Positions 38,739 through 49,567 of a stretch of 64,000 nucleotides of DNA are shown in pieces. The notes under the pieces are model-generated. The model made no database searches. It was not told the DNA's origin and worked only from the letters and a program-made list of their open reading frames with translations. Made by a program: the position numbers and the translations under genes. Numbering within the stretch: the stretch's first letter is position 1; every line of letters begins with the position of its first letter. This stretch comes from Candidatus Marinacidobacterales bacterium (GTDB taxonomy: Bacteria > Acidobacteriota > Vicinamibacteria > Marinacidobacterales > DATDRI01). The DNA is taken from the NCBI GenBank assembly GCA_965226495.1, contig OZ245365.1, positions 2,176,001-2,240,000 on the forward strand, written 5' to 3'.

Positions 38739-39167
38739 ATGAGAGAGAAAGAAAAAGTGGACGGTCCCGAAAAGAAGACACTCCCCACCACCGAAGCGGA
38801 GTGGAAGAAGAGCCTGACTCCGGAAAAGTACTACGTATTGCGCAAGAAGGGGACCGAGACTCCATTCTCGGGTGAGTTTTGGAACGAAAAGACAGCCGGG
38901 TTCTATCTTTGTGCCGGCTGCGGACAGAAGTTATTCGATTCCAGCACCAAGTTCGATTCCGGATCCGGCTGGCCCAGCTTCTATGAGCCTATCGATAAGG
39001 CAAATGTGGAGGAAGTCAGCGATGTCGGCCACGGGATGCGCCGCACCGAGGTGGTTTGCTCGCGCTGCGGCGGCCACCTGGGCCACGTATTCGAGGACGG
39101 CCCGGATCCAACCGGTTTGAGGTACTGCATCAATTCCGTCTCTCTGGACCTGGAAGAGCAGGAGTAG
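38739..39167 (+). CDS. msrB: Peptide-methionine (R)-S-oxide reductase MsrB
   Basis: [39 protein letters not shown]. Confidence 0.96.
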   Translation: MREKEKVDGPEKKTLPTTEAEWKKSLTPEKYYVLRKKGTETPFSGEFWNEKTAGFYLCAGCGQKLFDSSTKFDSGSGWPSFYEPIDKANVEEVSDVGHGMRRTEVVCSRCGGHLGHVFEDGPDPTGLRYCINSVSLDLEEQE

Positions 39168-39261
39168 TTCCCGACCGCTGACCGGGTCTTGCCGCCTCGC
39201 TTGAATTGACCAGGGGTTCGGAGTAAATTAGCCGGCCTGAGCGACTCTTCGGAGTGTGTTC

Positions 39262-39612
39262 ATGGAAATAAAGGTAGATCCTTCCAACGACGTAACCGTG
39301 GTCGAGATTCGCGGCCGGATCATAGAAGGCGAACCGGCGGGCGAGCTCGACAAGGCTCTCCGCGGACTCATTCGTGATGAGAGGGTGAACACGATTCTCG
39401 ATGTTTCCGATGTGAGTTGGTTCGACAGCACTGCCATTGGGATCCTCGTCAGCCATTACGTATCGGCCAAGAAATTGGGCGGCCGGGTGTTGCTACTGAA
39501 GGCCAACCAGAAGGTCAGGACGCTGATGAAGCTGGTTCATCTAGACGAACGGTTCGGCTGGGCCGACGAAATGGACGAAGCTCGGTCTTGGTTCGAGAAT
39601 CCCGCGAGCTAA
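39262..39612 (+). CDS. STAS-domain anti-sigma factor antagonist
   Basis: ILDVSDVSWFDSTAIG with phosphorylatable Ser; GG...L; KV..L. Confidence 0.88.
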   Translation: MEIKVDPSNDVTVVEIRGRIIEGEPAGELDKALRGLIRDERVNTILDVSDVSWFDSTAIGILVSHYVSAKKLGGRVLLLKANQKVRTLMKLVHLDERFGWADEMDEARSWFENPAS

Positions 39613-39658
39613 CGCACTTTCTTTCGTTTATAGAAGTGATTTTCCAAGGAGGTGTTAG

Positions 39659-40081
39659 GTGAGTCAAATTAATATGGGCCGTGTCGCCCTTGGCGGCCTT
39701 CTGGCAGGATTGATCATCAATATCGGAGAATTCGTGCTCAACGAGCCGATCCTTGGAGCTCAATGGGCGTCCGCCATGGAGGCGATGGGACACTCTGCCC
39801 CTGGGGGGAGCGCCATCGCGATCTTCGTCGTTGGCGGCTTCATTTTGGGGATCGCGATGATTTGGCTCTACGCCGCGATACGCCCGCGACTAGGGGCGGG
39901 CCCCAAGACGGCGGCTTGCGCCGGTTCGCTGGTTTGGTTCTTCGCGTACCTCTACCCATCTTCCGGCGCTCTAGCAATGGGGCTCTTCCCGGCAAACTTG
40001 ATCGTCACGTCTGTGATGTGGGGATTCTTCGAGCTTCCCATCGCAGCCGTCATCGGCGCGTGGCTGTACAAAGAGGAGTGA
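39659..40081 (+). CDS. Hypothetical 4-TM membrane protein
   Basis: Strong AAGGAGG SD; hydrophobic helices; WLYAAIRPR.G.GPKTA, GAWLYKE. Confidence 0.8.
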   Translation: MSQINMGRVALGGLLAGLIINIGEFVLNEPILGAQWASAMEAMGHSAPGGSAIAIFVVGGFILGIAMIWLYAAIRPRLGAGPKTAACAGSLVWFFAYLYPSSGALAMGLFPANLIVTSVMWGFFELPIAAVIGAWLYKEE

Positions 40082-40092
40082 GTCGTTCGCGG

Positions 40093-40782
40093 CTAACGAG
40101 TGTGACTCGGCTTCAGCGAGACCGCGTCCGGGGCGGCATCGGGAGGAGGGACTTTTAGCGTTCCACCAATGATATCCCCTAGAAACGGTGGATTGAAATT
40201 GAAGTCCATCGTCGGGATCTCGTGATGATACCGGTGGTGGCGAATGTGATAGTCCCGCGCGGTCCCGACTAGTGGGACTCGGCGTAGCAACTCGTCGACG
40301 GCGTTCCCTTCGATATGCGTCAGCCAGTGCGTAAATTCGAAGAAGAGGTAGTGCAAAACAACCCCAACAAAAAAGACGACGACGAGCTGGGAAGGCAACA
40401 GCGTCTGCAGCGCCACGTAGTGAATCGCGAAGAGAACGGGGAAGACATACCAAGGGCTTGCGATATATTGCCAATCGTCCCGCTTGCTGGAAGTGAAATT
40501 GGCGCCGTGGAACACTCGATGATGCATCAAGTGATTTCTCTTGATGAACCCTAGCCAACGGGCACCGGCGTGCATCAAGAAACGGTGATAGCCGTACTCG
40601 AAGAAGTGGGTGTAGGTGATTCCCAACAGGAAGCAAGCGAACACGGGAAGCGTCCGATACGGGACGTCGAGGGCACTCCAATGGATGGCTGCAATAAAGA
40701 AAAGACAGAAGAGCGGGGTCAGAACAACTGCGACAATAGGATGATAGGGTCGTAGTCTATTCAACCATCCCAAATGTGCCAT
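40093..40782 (-). CDS. Fatty acid hydroxylase / sterol desaturase family protein
   Basis: His boxes HRFLMH, HLMHH, HWLTH and HHRYHH with TM segments. Confidence 0.85.
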   Translation of the reverse strand: MAHLGWLNRLRPYHPIVAVVLTPLFCLFFIAAIHWSALDVPYRTLPVFACFLLGITYTHFFEYGYHRFLMHAGARWLGFIKRNHLMHHRVFHGANFTSSKRDDWQYIASPWYVFPVLFAIHYVALQTLLPSQLVVVFFVGVVLHYLFFEFTHWLTHIEGNAVDELLRRVPLVGTARDYHIRHHRYHHEIPTMDFNFNPPFLGDIIGGTLKVPPPDAAPDAVSLKPSHTR

Positions 40783-40931
40783 AGATCTATGTTAGACGGC
40801 GGAATGCTGGCCGTCAAAACGGCCCGTTGCCAATATCAAGAGAGCCAGACGGCGTTCGGCCATTCTGCCGAAAACGTCAAAGGGGGCGTCTGGGCAACCT
40901 GATGATTGGCGCCGTTCGTATTCTGACACGC

Positions 40932-40980
40932 GCCCTGACGAGTCCTGATGAGCCTTGATGAGCCCTGATGAGCCTTGTGA
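40932..40980. repeat. Imperfect 10-bp tandem repeat (AGCCYTGATG) in a divergent intergenic region
   Basis: cgccctgacg agtcctgatg agccttgatg agccctgatg agccttgtga. Confidence 0.8.
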
Positions 40981-41024
40981 GGTTGACCAGTGGTACGTAG
41001 CTCAAGAACTAAGGCGCGCCGCCG

Positions 41025-41459
41025 ATGAGCGCCGTTCTCAGAGCCCACGGAGAAGCGTTCGACGTCGAGCTCTTCCTAGCCGAAAGCTCGTTGGAGCCGG
41101 ATAGCGTTTACCAGAAGGGCGCCCCCGTCCCGTCGGCCGCGGCCAGAAAAGAAAACGGCACGCCCCGGAGGGCCTCGGGCTTTAGCCTGACGGTCAGTCA
41201 CGCGGACTTTTCAGATCTCGAGACGCAGATCAGTGAGGCCATTGTTTTCCTGGACGAGTACGAGGATGAGTTGCGACGCCTCGGGAAATTTGACGGAGTC
41301 GAGGGGGTTTCACTCGACTTCGGCGTGCAGCGTCGAGACGTCGCGGCTCAGACCGACGTGTTTCCTTCCGATCTTCTGTGGCGGGCCGGGGCCTTGGACA
41401 TCTGGATCGCCATTACTCACTATGCGATCGCCGAGGCTGGAGGAGAACCCGTTGCCTGA
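41025..41459 (+). CDS. Hypothetical protein (DUF4279-like)
   Basis: Globular 144 aa; FDVE.FL, KG, LDFG and C-terminal pattern; overlaps the next start. Confidence 0.65.
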   Translation: MSAVLRAHGEAFDVELFLAESSLEPDSVYQKGAPVPSAAARKENGTPRRASGFSLTVSHADFSDLETQISEAIVFLDEYEDELRRLGKFDGVEGVSLDFGVQRRDVAAQTDVFPSDLLWRAGALDIWIAITHYAIAEAGGEPVA

Positions 41460-41970
41460 TAAAGATGCTGACCAAGCGCCCGATTCGGAGCTCTCGAGAA
41501 GTCCCCACCACCGCCATCTCTCTCGACTGATTGGTAGCTGGGAAGGGATCAGCCGGACCTGGTTCGAGCCGGGGAAACTGGCCGACGAATCCCCAGTCAC
41601 CGGCACCATCCGACCGGTTCTCGACGGACGTTTCGTTGCACACGAGTATGAGAGTAGTTTGCAAGGGAAGCGGCTCGTCGGCATGGCGATCCATGGCTAC
41701 GCAATTCAGCGAAAGATGTTCGTCACCGCGTGGGTCGACGGTTTCCACATGGGAACGGACATCATGTTGTCCGAAGGCGGAAGCGAGTTCGAAGGTGACG
41801 GTTTCTCGGTGCTTGGTGGCTACGGCGATCCAAAGATTGGAGCGCGGTGGGACTGGCGGACGGAAGTGGAGCTTCAAGGTGAGGACGCGATGACGATCAC
41901 TCATTACAACATCGACCCCGCCGGCGAAGAGGCGAAAGCCGTTGAAATCCAATACAAGAGAAAGGCTTAA
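41452..41970 (+). CDS. DUF1579 family protein
   Basis: H..LSRLIGSWEG, LDGRFV, WVDGFHMGT, WDWRT; TTG start after GGAGG. Confidence 0.8.
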   Translation: MPDKDADQAPDSELSRSPHHRHLSRLIGSWEGISRTWFEPGKLADESPVTGTIRPVLDGRFVAHEYESSLQGKRLVGMAIHGYAIQRKMFVTAWVDGFHMGTDIMLSEGGSEFEGDGFSVLGGYGDPKIGARWDWRTEVELQGEDAMTITHYNIDPAGEEAKAVEIQYKRKA

Positions 41971-41973
41971 TCG

Positions 41974-42516
41974 ATGACAAGGCTGTGTCTAATCATCTCG
42001 TTTGCTTTCTTGGGACGCGGAAGCTCGGCTCAGGAGGCTCCATCGCCCTATCGAGGGCAGGAAGGGCGGGAGATCAAGGCCCTCTCCGTCGAAGAGATCA
42101 ATGCGCTGCAGGCGGGAGAGGGTATGGGACTCGCAAAAGCCGCGGAGTTGAACCGTTATCCCGGACCGAAGCACGTTCTCGAGCTCGCCGAAGCACTCGA
42201 ACTGTCGGAAGAGCAAAGGACACGAACCCGGGAAGCTTTCGACCGAATGAAAGCAAATGCAGTCGGCCTGGGTTCCGCCATCGTCGAAAAAGAGATTGCC
42301 CTCGATCGGATGTTTCGCGAGCGCGTTATCGATCGGGAGAAACTAGAGGCCGCGGTGGGGGAAATCGCGAATCTGCAAGGAAGACTCCGGGTCGCTCATC
42401 TCGAGGCCCACCTCGAGCTCGAGTCTGTGCTCACCCAGGATCAAATCTCGCAGTACGTCGCGTTGCGCGGCTATCACGACCCGTCTGTGCACCACCAGCC
42501 TCAGAAGCACCATTGA
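41974..42516 (+). CDS. Spy/CpxP/ZraP-like periplasmic helical protein
   Basis: Signal peptide; SPY.GQ..R.IKALS, GMGLAKAAELN.YPGP.HVLEL, LSEEQ, LTQDQ, His-rich C-terminus. Confidence 0.8.
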   Translation: MTRLCLIISFAFLGRGSSAQEAPSPYRGQEGREIKALSVEEINALQAGEGMGLAKAAELNRYPGPKHVLELAEALELSEEQRTRTREAFDRMKANAVGLGSAIVEKEIALDRMFRERVIDREKLEAAVGEIANLQGRLRVAHLEAHLELESVLTQDQISQYVALRGYHDPSVHHQPQKHH

Positions 42517-42529
42517 GAGGAAGCCCTTT

Positions 42530-42859
42530 ATGAGCACGACGAGTGACGTTGCGGGTTTTACGTATGTGTGGAGCTATGAAGTGCGAGATACGCGCGAAGC
42601 CGATTTCGAGAGACTTTACGGTCCGGACGGTGGCTGGGCGCAGTTGTTTCGCAAGAGCTCGAATTATCTCGGCACCGACCTGCTTCGCGATCGAAAGAAC
42701 AAGAACCGCTACCTCACGGTCGACCGCTGGGACTCAGAGCCAGCGCACCGGACGTTTGTTTCGGAACACCGTGAGGAATTCGACGAGCTCGATCGGCAGG
42801 GAGAGGTGCTCACCCAGGACGAGAGCTTTGTCGGTGACTTCGATCCCGCCGGCATTTGA
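42530..42859 (+). CDS. Antibiotic biosynthesis monooxygenase (ABM) domain protein
   Basis: FERLYGPDGGWAQLF, YLGT.L, YLTVDRW.S. Confidence 0.75.
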   Translation: MSTTSDVAGFTYVWSYEVRDTREADFERLYGPDGGWAQLFRKSSNYLGTDLLRDRKNKNRYLTVDRWDSEPAHRTFVSEHREEFDELDRQGEVLTQDESFVGDFDPAGI

Positions 42860-42873
42860 GAAGTGTCCGTTTC

Positions 42874-43776
42874 CTAGAGCTCTTCGAAACCGACCTCCTC
42901 CGTCCGGATTTCGCTCGGCCGAATACGACCGCAGCCGCGTCGAACGCTGGCGGTGGCCGCCGCTATGCCTAGAGTTGCGATTTCCTGCAAAGAGCCGCCC
43001 CTAAGGTGTCCGGCGAGGAGTCCGGCGGCCAAAGCATCTCCGGCACCGGTAGGGTTCACCGGCGTTAACGCCGGAGGTTGGAGTCGACCCTCCAGACCCG
43101 ATGCGGACAAGACCGCGCCTTTGTCTCCCAGGGTGAGGACTACGAACTCGGCTCCGAAATTTCGGATCTCTCTGGCTGCGGCGATCTCATTGGAGATCGG
43201 GTGGCCCAAGAGCTCTTCGGCTTCCGCCTGGTTGGGTGTTGCATAAGTGGGACGTTCTTTGAGAGTCGCCTCGAGCGCGAGGCCAGAGGCGTCGACCAGA
43301 CAAGGTACCTCGGCATCGCGACAACCTTTTGCGATCCGGGCGTACGAGTCGCTGGGCATTCCCGGGGGGAGGCTACCCATCATCGCAACGGCATCGCTTT
43401 TGGGAACGAGCCTCGCAACGAGAGACAAGAGAGCATCGCTTTCCGTGACGGTCCGCCCGCTTTCGTTTACGACCGTGGCTTCGCCGTTCTTAGAGAGGAG
43501 GATTACGCACGTCCTGCTCTCGGATTCTATCGGGACGAGCTCTCGGCGCAACTTCTCCTCCGCCAGCCCGCGCTCGATGAAACGGCCGGATTCTCCGCCC
43601 ACGAAGCCACAAACCAGTGGTTCTTGCCCGAGGCTGCGAAGAGCTCTCGCCATGTTGACCCCCTTACCACCCGCTTGCCTCTCGTAGGACTGGCTCCGGT
43701 GTACGCGACCGGGGAGGAGTGTGTCGAGGCACAGCGTGTAATCTACGGCAAGGTTAGGACAGACAACGAGGACCAT
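42874..43776 (-). CDS. PfkB-family hexose kinase (1-phosphofructokinase/tagatose-6-P kinase-like)
   Basis: N.AVD, GGKGVN.AR, GSLPPG, VDASG, TLGDKGA, GAGD. Confidence 0.92.
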   Translation of the reverse strand: MVLVVCPNLAVDYTLCLDTLLPGRVHRSQSYERQAGGKGVNMARALRSLGQEPLVCGFVGGESGRFIERGLAEEKLRRELVPIESESRTCVILLSKNGEATVVNESGRTVTESDALLSLVARLVPKSDAVAMMGSLPPGMPSDSYARIAKGCRDAEVPCLVDASGLALEATLKERPTYATPNQAEAEELLGHPISNEIAAAREIRNFGAEFVVLTLGDKGAVLSASGLEGRLQPPALTPVNPTGAGDALAAGLLAGHLRGGSLQEIATLGIAAATASVRRGCGRIRPSEIRTEEVGFEEL

Positions 43777-43866
43777 GGGGCAGCGTAAACTGGGCCGCCG
43801 GTTGCGATCAAGCGTTCTTGATGACCAAAATGAACCGATCCTAGACTCCCTCTAAAGAAAGCATTG

Positions 43867-46368
43867 ATGTCGATGAAGCCCAAAACTCAGGAAACGGCTT
43901 CCAAGAAGGGTATTGACCCGGTTTGTGGCATGGAGGTCGATCCGAAAACGGCTCGACACAGCGCAACCCAGAACGGAGAGACGTACTCTTTTTGCGCGGA
44001 GGGTTGCAAGAACGCCTTCGAGAAGGATCCTGGCGCTTATCTCGGTCGCGACCTAGGGGCTCATACGGGATCGGAGCAGGCCGTCGAGCCGGCGACCGCT
44101 TCGGTCGACGTTAGTGGGCTCGCCAGGTTGGACGCTCCGGTCCAAGGGATTCACTGCGCGAGTTGTGTCGGGACCATCGAGCAGGCCGTGACTGGGCTGC
44201 CGGGCGTCGAAAAGGCGGTCGTCAACTTTGCCACCGAGCGGGTTTCCGTCGCCTACCATCCGGAGCGAGTCGACATTTCGCAAATCGAACAAGCAGTGGC
44301 GGCGTCGGGACCCTATCGTCTTCTGGTGACGGACTCGGGGGCGGCGTCGGAGGACGTCGAGCGGGAAGTGCGGGAGGCCGAGTATCGGACCCTGAAGTCG
44401 AAGCTTTTCTTCTCTGCGGTGCTCACGGTTCTTATCATGCTCGCGAGCAAGGTGTCGCCCGAGAGCCTGGGAATGTCGGAGCGGAGCCTCGGCGCCGTCC
44501 TCTACTTGATGGCAACTCTGCTGGTGTTTTGGTGCGGGGGGCAGTTTCTTAGGGGCTTCTTCCTTGGGCTCCGGTCCTTCAGTTTCAACATGGACAGCCT
44601 CATCGCGATGGGTGCCTCGGCGGCTTACGTCTATAGCGCGGTCGCTACTTTCGTCCCGAGTCTTTTTCCGTCGGGTCAATCGCCCGTGCTGTACTACGAC
44701 ACCGCGGGCATGATTATCACTTTGGTGCTTTTGGGTAAGGTGCTCGAGGCGCGTGCCAAGGGCAGAGCCTCGAACGCGATCAAGAAACTGATCGGACTTC
44801 AAGCAAAAACGGCCCGCGTCGCGCGTGATGGACACGAGGTGGATATTCCAGTGGAAGATGTTCGGGCGGGGGATGTCGTCAGCGTGCGACCGGGAGAGAA
44901 GATTCCCGTGGATGGCGTTATCCTAGAAGGTCGCTCGACGGTCGACGAGTCTTTAGTCACGGGGGAAAGTCTTCCCGTCGACAAGACTCGTGGAGACAAG
45001 GTCGTGGGCGGAACTTTGAACCAAGTAGGAACGTTCCGTTTCCAGGCCACCGAGGTAGGAAGTGAGACGGTCTTGGCGCAAATCATTCGACTCGTCCAAG
45101 AAGCGCAGGGCTCCAAGGCTCCGATACAACGCCTGGCGGACAAGATCGCGGGGGTGTTCGTTCCGATTGTCGTTATGATTGCGGTTCTGACTTTTGTAGT
45201 TTGGTACGTATTCGGCCCGCCACCGGCCTTCAACTTCGCGCTCCTAAATGCCATCGCGGTTTTGATTATTGCTTGCCCCTGCGCCCTCGGTCTTGCCACG
45301 CCGACCGCCATCGTTGTCGCAACCGGGCGAGGTGCGGAGCGCGGAGTGCTGATCAAATCTGCAGTTTCCCTCGAACGTTTGCATGTCGTGGATACCGTCA
45401 TTCTCGACAAGACGGGAACGGTAACCGAAGGCAGACTCACGGTCACCGACATCGTAGCGGCTGAGGGGAATGAAACGTGGCAGGTCCTTGCCATGGCGGC
45501 ATCCGCCGAGATCGCCTCTGAGCACCCAGTGGGACGGGCGGTAGTGGATTATGCGCGAGGGATGAATGTCGGCCTCTTTCCCCTAGAGAGTTTCGAGGCC
45601 ATCCCGGGGCGCGGCGTTCGGGCGATGGTCGCGAGTAAGAAACTCCTTCTCGGCAACCTGCGGTTTATGAAAGAGGAAGGCGTGGAGCTTGGAAGGTTGG
45701 AGGAGGGCGCGCACCACCTCTCCGAGGAAGGCAAGAGCTCGATGTTCGTCGTCGTGGATGGAACCCTGGCGGGAATCCTGGGAGTTGCGGATTCGCTGAG
45801 GGAGAGCTCGACCCCCGCAGTCAGTGCTCTGAAGAAGTTGGGTCTTGAGGTCTACCTGATCACCGGTGACAGCCGTCGCACCGCGGAGACCATCGCTGCC
45901 AAGGTGGGGATCGATCGTGTTATGGCGGAGGTGCTTCCCGATCGTAAGACCGAAGAGGTGAAACGCCTGCAGCAAGAAGGCGCGGTGGTGGCCATGGTTG
46001 GCGACGGGATCAACGACGCTCCAGCGCTAGCACAAGCCGATGTCGGTATCGCCATCGGTTCGGGTACGGACATCGCCATGGAGGCGGCGGATATCACTCT
46101 CGTGAAGGGTGGTATCGAAGGCGTGGTGGAGGCGATTCAGCTGTCGCGCCGAACGCTCGAGATCATCAGGCAGAATTTGTTTTGGGCTTTTTTCTACAAC
46201 TCTGCCGGCATCCCGGTGGCAGCTGGAATACTCTATCCGGTCTTTGGCGTTCTCCTGTCCCCGGTGATTGCTGCGGGCGCGATGGCGATGAGCTCGGTCT
46301 CGGTTGTACTGAACGCCTTACGGCTGCGTCGTTTCAAGGCTGCTGAGCTGCCTTCCGCAACCCCTTGA
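43867..46368 (+). CDS. copA: Cu(I)-translocating P1B-type ATPase with YHS and HMA domains
   Basis: DPVCGM (YHS), GIHCASC (HMA), TGES, CPC, DKTGT, SEHP, GDGIND, YN, MAMSS. Confidence 0.94.
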   Translation: MSMKPKTQETASKKGIDPVCGMEVDPKTARHSATQNGETYSFCAEGCKNAFEKDPGAYLGRDLGAHTGSEQAVEPATASVDVSGLARLDAPVQGIHCASCVGTIEQAVTGLPGVEKAVVNFATERVSVAYHPERVDISQIEQAVAASGPYRLLVTDSGAASEDVEREVREAEYRTLKSKLFFSAVLTVLIMLASKVSPESLGMSERSLGAVLYLMATLLVFWCGGQFLRGFFLGLRSFSFNMDSLIAMGASAAYVYSAVATFVPSLFPSGQSPVLYYDTAGMIITLVLLGKVLEARAKGRASNAIKKLIGLQAKTARVARDGHEVDIPVEDVRAGDVVSVRPGEKIPVDGVILEGRSTVDESLVTGESLPVDKTRGDKVVGGTLNQVGTFRFQATEVGSETVLAQIIRLVQEAQGSKAPIQRLADKIAGVFVPIVVMIAVLTFVVWYVFGPPPAFNFALLNAIAVLIIACPCALGLATPTAIVVATGRGAERGVLIKSAVSLERLHVVDTVILDKTGTVTEGRLTVTDIVAAEGNETWQVLAMAASAEIASEHPVGRAVVDYARGMNVGLFPLESFEAIPGRGVRAMVASKKLLLGNLRFMKEEGVELGRLEEGAHHLSEEGKSSMFVVVDGTLAGILGVADSLRESSTPAVSALKKLGLEVYLITGDSRRTAETIAAKVGIDRVMAEVLPDRKTEEVKRLQQEGAVVAMVGDGINDAPALAQADVGIAIGSGTDIAMEAADITLVKGGIEGVVEAIQLSRRTLEIIRQNLFWAFFYNSAGIPVAAGILYPVFGVLLSPVIAAGAMAMSSVSVVLNALRLRRFKAAELPSATP

Positions 46369-46391
46369 GAAAACGCCAGGACGCGCGCGGC

Positions 46392-49262
46392 TCAGGACGC
46401 GTGTTTGACCGGGCGCCCGCCCGAGCCTGGGGTCTTGCGGAGCTCGAAAAAATGGGTGTAGGCTTTGCGGAAACGATCTGAGAGGGCTCGATCCATATCA
46501 CCGATGATCGGGCCTAGGCGCTCCCAGTTGGCTTTGAGGCGTTCCACTTCTTGAGTGGCAGCCCGCCAGTTCTTCGTCTTTTCGATGACGGCAGCCCCGC
46601 CGATGGTGTTGGCGGCGAGCGCCTGCTTGAGTTTTTGCGCGAGATCCTCGACCGGAGCGTCGCCGGGGGTGTCGGCATAGCTGCCCACCAATTCTTCGAG
46701 GCGCGTGCATAGTTTTTTCCGCCGTTTCCGGTTGGCTCGCGGATCGAGCGGTGTCCCTTGTAGGCTTTCCGGAAACACCGCAACGATCTGTTCACACGAT
46801 TTCTGGAGCCGGGTATCGAGTGGCTCGGCTTGCTCGAGTGGTACCGTTCCCGTATCCGTCCACTCCGCCCATGCCTCCTGAACTTCTTTGGTGACCGCTT
46901 CTGCGGGGGGGGCGTCGTCGGCCTGAACAGAAGCGGCTAGAGCTTCGAGCCTCTCGCAAATGGACGCCTTGTTCTCGAGCTTGTCTTCGATCTCGAGCTC
47001 GCCGCGACGTTTGCGTCGGTCGAAGAAGTGGTCGCAGGCCTTGCGGAATCGGTTCCAGAGCGCGTCGGATTTCTTGTGCGGCACTGGCCCAACGGTCTTC
47101 CACTTGGCTTGGAGCTGCTTGATTTGCTTGGCTGTCTCATCCCAATCCTTGGAATCGGCAAGCGCTTCGACTTGTTCGCAGAGCTCGATCTTCTTCTTCG
47201 AGTTGCTGTCCCTCTCATGCTTGAGTTGGTCCAGCTGTTCCTTGCGTCGTTCGAAAAATTGGTCGCAGGGCGCCCGGAAGCGTCGCCAGATCGCCTTAGC
47301 ATGCTTCTGGGGCACCGGGCCTAGCTCCTTCCACTCCGCTTGGGCCTTCTTGATCGCTTCGGCGGTTTTGTTCCACTGGTTGGAATCGGCCAGCGCTTCG
47401 ACTTTCTCGCAGAGCGCCTCTTTTTTCTTGAAGTTGTCGGCGAAAAAAGCGTCGCAACGAGCGTGAAGCTCGTCGCGAACTTGGCTGAAACGCTTCCACA
47501 GCGCTTCTGATTTAGCGCGGGGGGCGGCTCCGACGCGTTTCCATTCTTGCTGAATCTGTCTCAATTGTGTCGAGACCGCGGCGAGATCTTCCGATTGAGC
47601 GAGCTCTTCCGCCTTCTGGATCAACTTCTCTTGAATGTCGACATTGGCCCAACGCCTCCATTCCTCGGTCTCCCGCTGATCCTGAAATTTGGTGTAGAGG
47701 TCGTGCCGCGCCTTGGTCAGGCGATCCTTCCAAGCCCTTCGATTCTCGGTCGAGGGTAAGGGGCCGAGGTCCTTGAGCACCTGAGGTAGCTTTTTAAGCT
47801 CGCGATCGGCGGCCTTCAAGCTCAACTCTTTCGACTGAACCAGCTTATCGATTCGAGCCGAGAACTCCTTTAGGCGGTCTAGATTCTTTTGTTGCAACTG
47901 TTCCTGTTGTTCAGCCTCTTTTTTTCGTCGCTCGGTCAGTCGCTCGCCGGCCAGGATGAATCGTTGGCGACCCGAAGTGGTGAGTTCCTTCCACCGCTCG
48001 GCTTCTCGCGATGCCTCGATCTTCGCCCATCGCTTTTCGATCATCGGCCAGTCGCGCACCGCGTCGGGGAGGGGGGTCGAGTCGGCGAACTTGTCGGCGT
48101 CGGCAAACAGTTTTTTGAGCTGGATCCGAAACGCTTCCTCGGCGCGGGAGCTCTCGTACCCGGTCTCGCCGCGTTCCACGGCGCGTTCGAACCTCGTCGT
48201 TAGCTCCACGGCGTCGTTATCTTCACCTTCTGGCGAGGACGGGAGCGGTTGCAGAGCTTGCCAAGCGGCGCGAGCCTCTTGGAGGTCTTGAAGTGTCGTT
48301 TCTCCGTCGAGCGACTCCACCTTTTGGCAGAGAGCGAGGCGTGCGGCGAGGTTTTCCTGGATCTCGGCCTTCCTCCGTTCCATTGCCAGTCTACGTTCTT
48401 TCTGACGTGCCACTTCGTCGGCGATCGCTTGCCGAGCAGCCTGGAAGCGTTCCTTGGCCGTTTCATCGGGCTGAGTCTTGTCGGCCAAATCGTCCCATTC
48501 CGCTTGTGCCTCCTGCAGTTTCTCGGTTGCGGACAAGGGCTCTTTCGCGAGCTCCTCCACATCCTTGCTGAGCTCGTCTTGGCGTTTGCGCCGTTGCTCT
48601 ACGCGTAGAGGATGATCATCGGTGATGACTGCCTCGAAGCGAGCCTCGGCCCTCTGTCGAACGTTCTTGTGGGCGGAGCGCTCCCGGGCGATGGCGTACA
48701 GTGACTCGGGATCACTTATTTTCTCGACCGCGGCCAGCGCCAACTCCGAGTCGACGTCGCTCGTAGCAATGGCCTGTAGGAGGGAGGGGTTGCCTAGTTT
48801 GCCTAGGGCTTCTTTTCGGAGTCCGAGGACGCTGGCTTTGCGAACGACGTCTGCGAGGGCTCTGTCATCGGAGAGTTGGCCGAGTGCGGCTTCCTGGATC
48901 GTTCGGTGTGATGCGGAGATGGCGACCCTTGCCAGATGCCGGGGGTTCGAAAGCTTCACCAGTGCCTCTTCGCATACCGCAGGAGCGCCATCGGATGCGG
49001 CCACCGCGGTAAGGATATCTGCCGCCCGCTCGGCCGCCAGCTCCCGAAGCCCTTCGTTGGGGTCTCGCTCCGAAACCTCTTCCAACTTAGCGGGGTCTTC
49101 CAACCTCTTTATGGCACTTCGCCTAACCCGGACGTCTTGGTCTTCCAGCGCGACGGCGCTCAAAAGCTCCTGATCGTCCTTGCCAAGTTGGCGCACCGCG
49201 GAGAGCCGGACTTCGGGGTCACTGTGGTGCCATTTGGGGCGAATACGGTCGAGCAGCTTCAT
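46392..49262 (-). CDS. DUF349 domain protein with N-terminal HEAT-like repeats
   Basis: PKWHHSDPEVR..AV repeats; repeated K..LCE..E.L...Q..WK..GPVP......LW.RFR..CD.FF units. Confidence 0.88.
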   Translation of the reverse strand: MKLLDRIRPKWHHSDPEVRLSAVRQLGKDDQELLSAVALEDQDVRVRRSAIKRLEDPAKLEEVSERDPNEGLRELAAERAADILTAVAASDGAPAVCEEALVKLSNPRHLARVAISASHRTIQEAALGQLSDDRALADVVRKASVLGLRKEALGKLGNPSLLQAIATSDVDSELALAAVEKISDPESLYAIARERSAHKNVRQRAEARFEAVITDDHPLRVEQRRKRQDELSKDVEELAKEPLSATEKLQEAQAEWDDLADKTQPDETAKERFQAARQAIADEVARQKERRLAMERRKAEIQENLAARLALCQKVESLDGETTLQDLQEARAAWQALQPLPSSPEGEDNDAVELTTRFERAVERGETGYESSRAEEAFRIQLKKLFADADKFADSTPLPDAVRDWPMIEKRWAKIEASREAERWKELTTSGRQRFILAGERLTERRKKEAEQQEQLQQKNLDRLKEFSARIDKLVQSKELSLKAADRELKKLPQVLKDLGPLPSTENRRAWKDRLTKARHDLYTKFQDQRETEEWRRWANVDIQEKLIQKAEELAQSEDLAAVSTQLRQIQQEWKRVGAAPRAKSEALWKRFSQVRDELHARCDAFFADNFKKKEALCEKVEALADSNQWNKTAEAIKKAQAEWKELGPVPQKHAKAIWRRFRAPCDQFFERRKEQLDQLKHERDSNSKKKIELCEQVEALADSKDWDETAKQIKQLQAKWKTVGPVPHKKSDALWNRFRKACDHFFDRRKRRGELEIEDKLENKASICERLEALAASVQADDAPPAEAVTKEVQEAWAEWTDTGTVPLEQAEPLDTRLQKSCEQIVAVFPESLQGTPLDPRANRKRRKKLCTRLEELVGSYADTPGDAPVEDLAQKLKQALAANTIGGAAVIEKTKNWRAATQEVERLKANWERLGPIIGDMDRALSDRFRKAYTHFFELRKTPGSGGRPVKHAS

Positions 49263-49567
49263 ACGTTAAAGTTGGATGCTCGAAACGCTAGTCGGGTCCA
49301 ACCACGCCGAGCAGATCGAAGATCCTCAATATAACCCAAAACTGCCGCCTGGCGAAATGGAGACTGGCGTCCTATGACCGTAGTTCGTGGCAACGTCCTT
49401 CATTGGACGCCAAGAGGGATCGGCCGGCGGCCAGCATGATAGTGCCGACCGCCGGCGAAATTGATGGTGGCAGCGCTGTCCTTTGGTGGCCGAACATAGG
49501 ATCACGTTCGCGGCGTCTAGGGTGGCGTCCGACCCGAAAGCCGCGTGCTAGAATCTCCATCGTGTTG

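Noticed and set aside
38739-39167. Selenocysteine-containing MsrB or other UGA-readthrough selenoproteins
   Set aside because: The catalytic positions of MsrB (RYCINS), the TlpA domain (CTRC) and the rhodanese are ordinary Cys codons. I found no convincing in-frame UGA continuation by eye.
40945-40975. Hammerhead ribozyme (CTGATGAG core)
   Set aside because: No suitably placed GAAA or closing stems were seen; the motif is simply part of a 10-bp tandem repeat.
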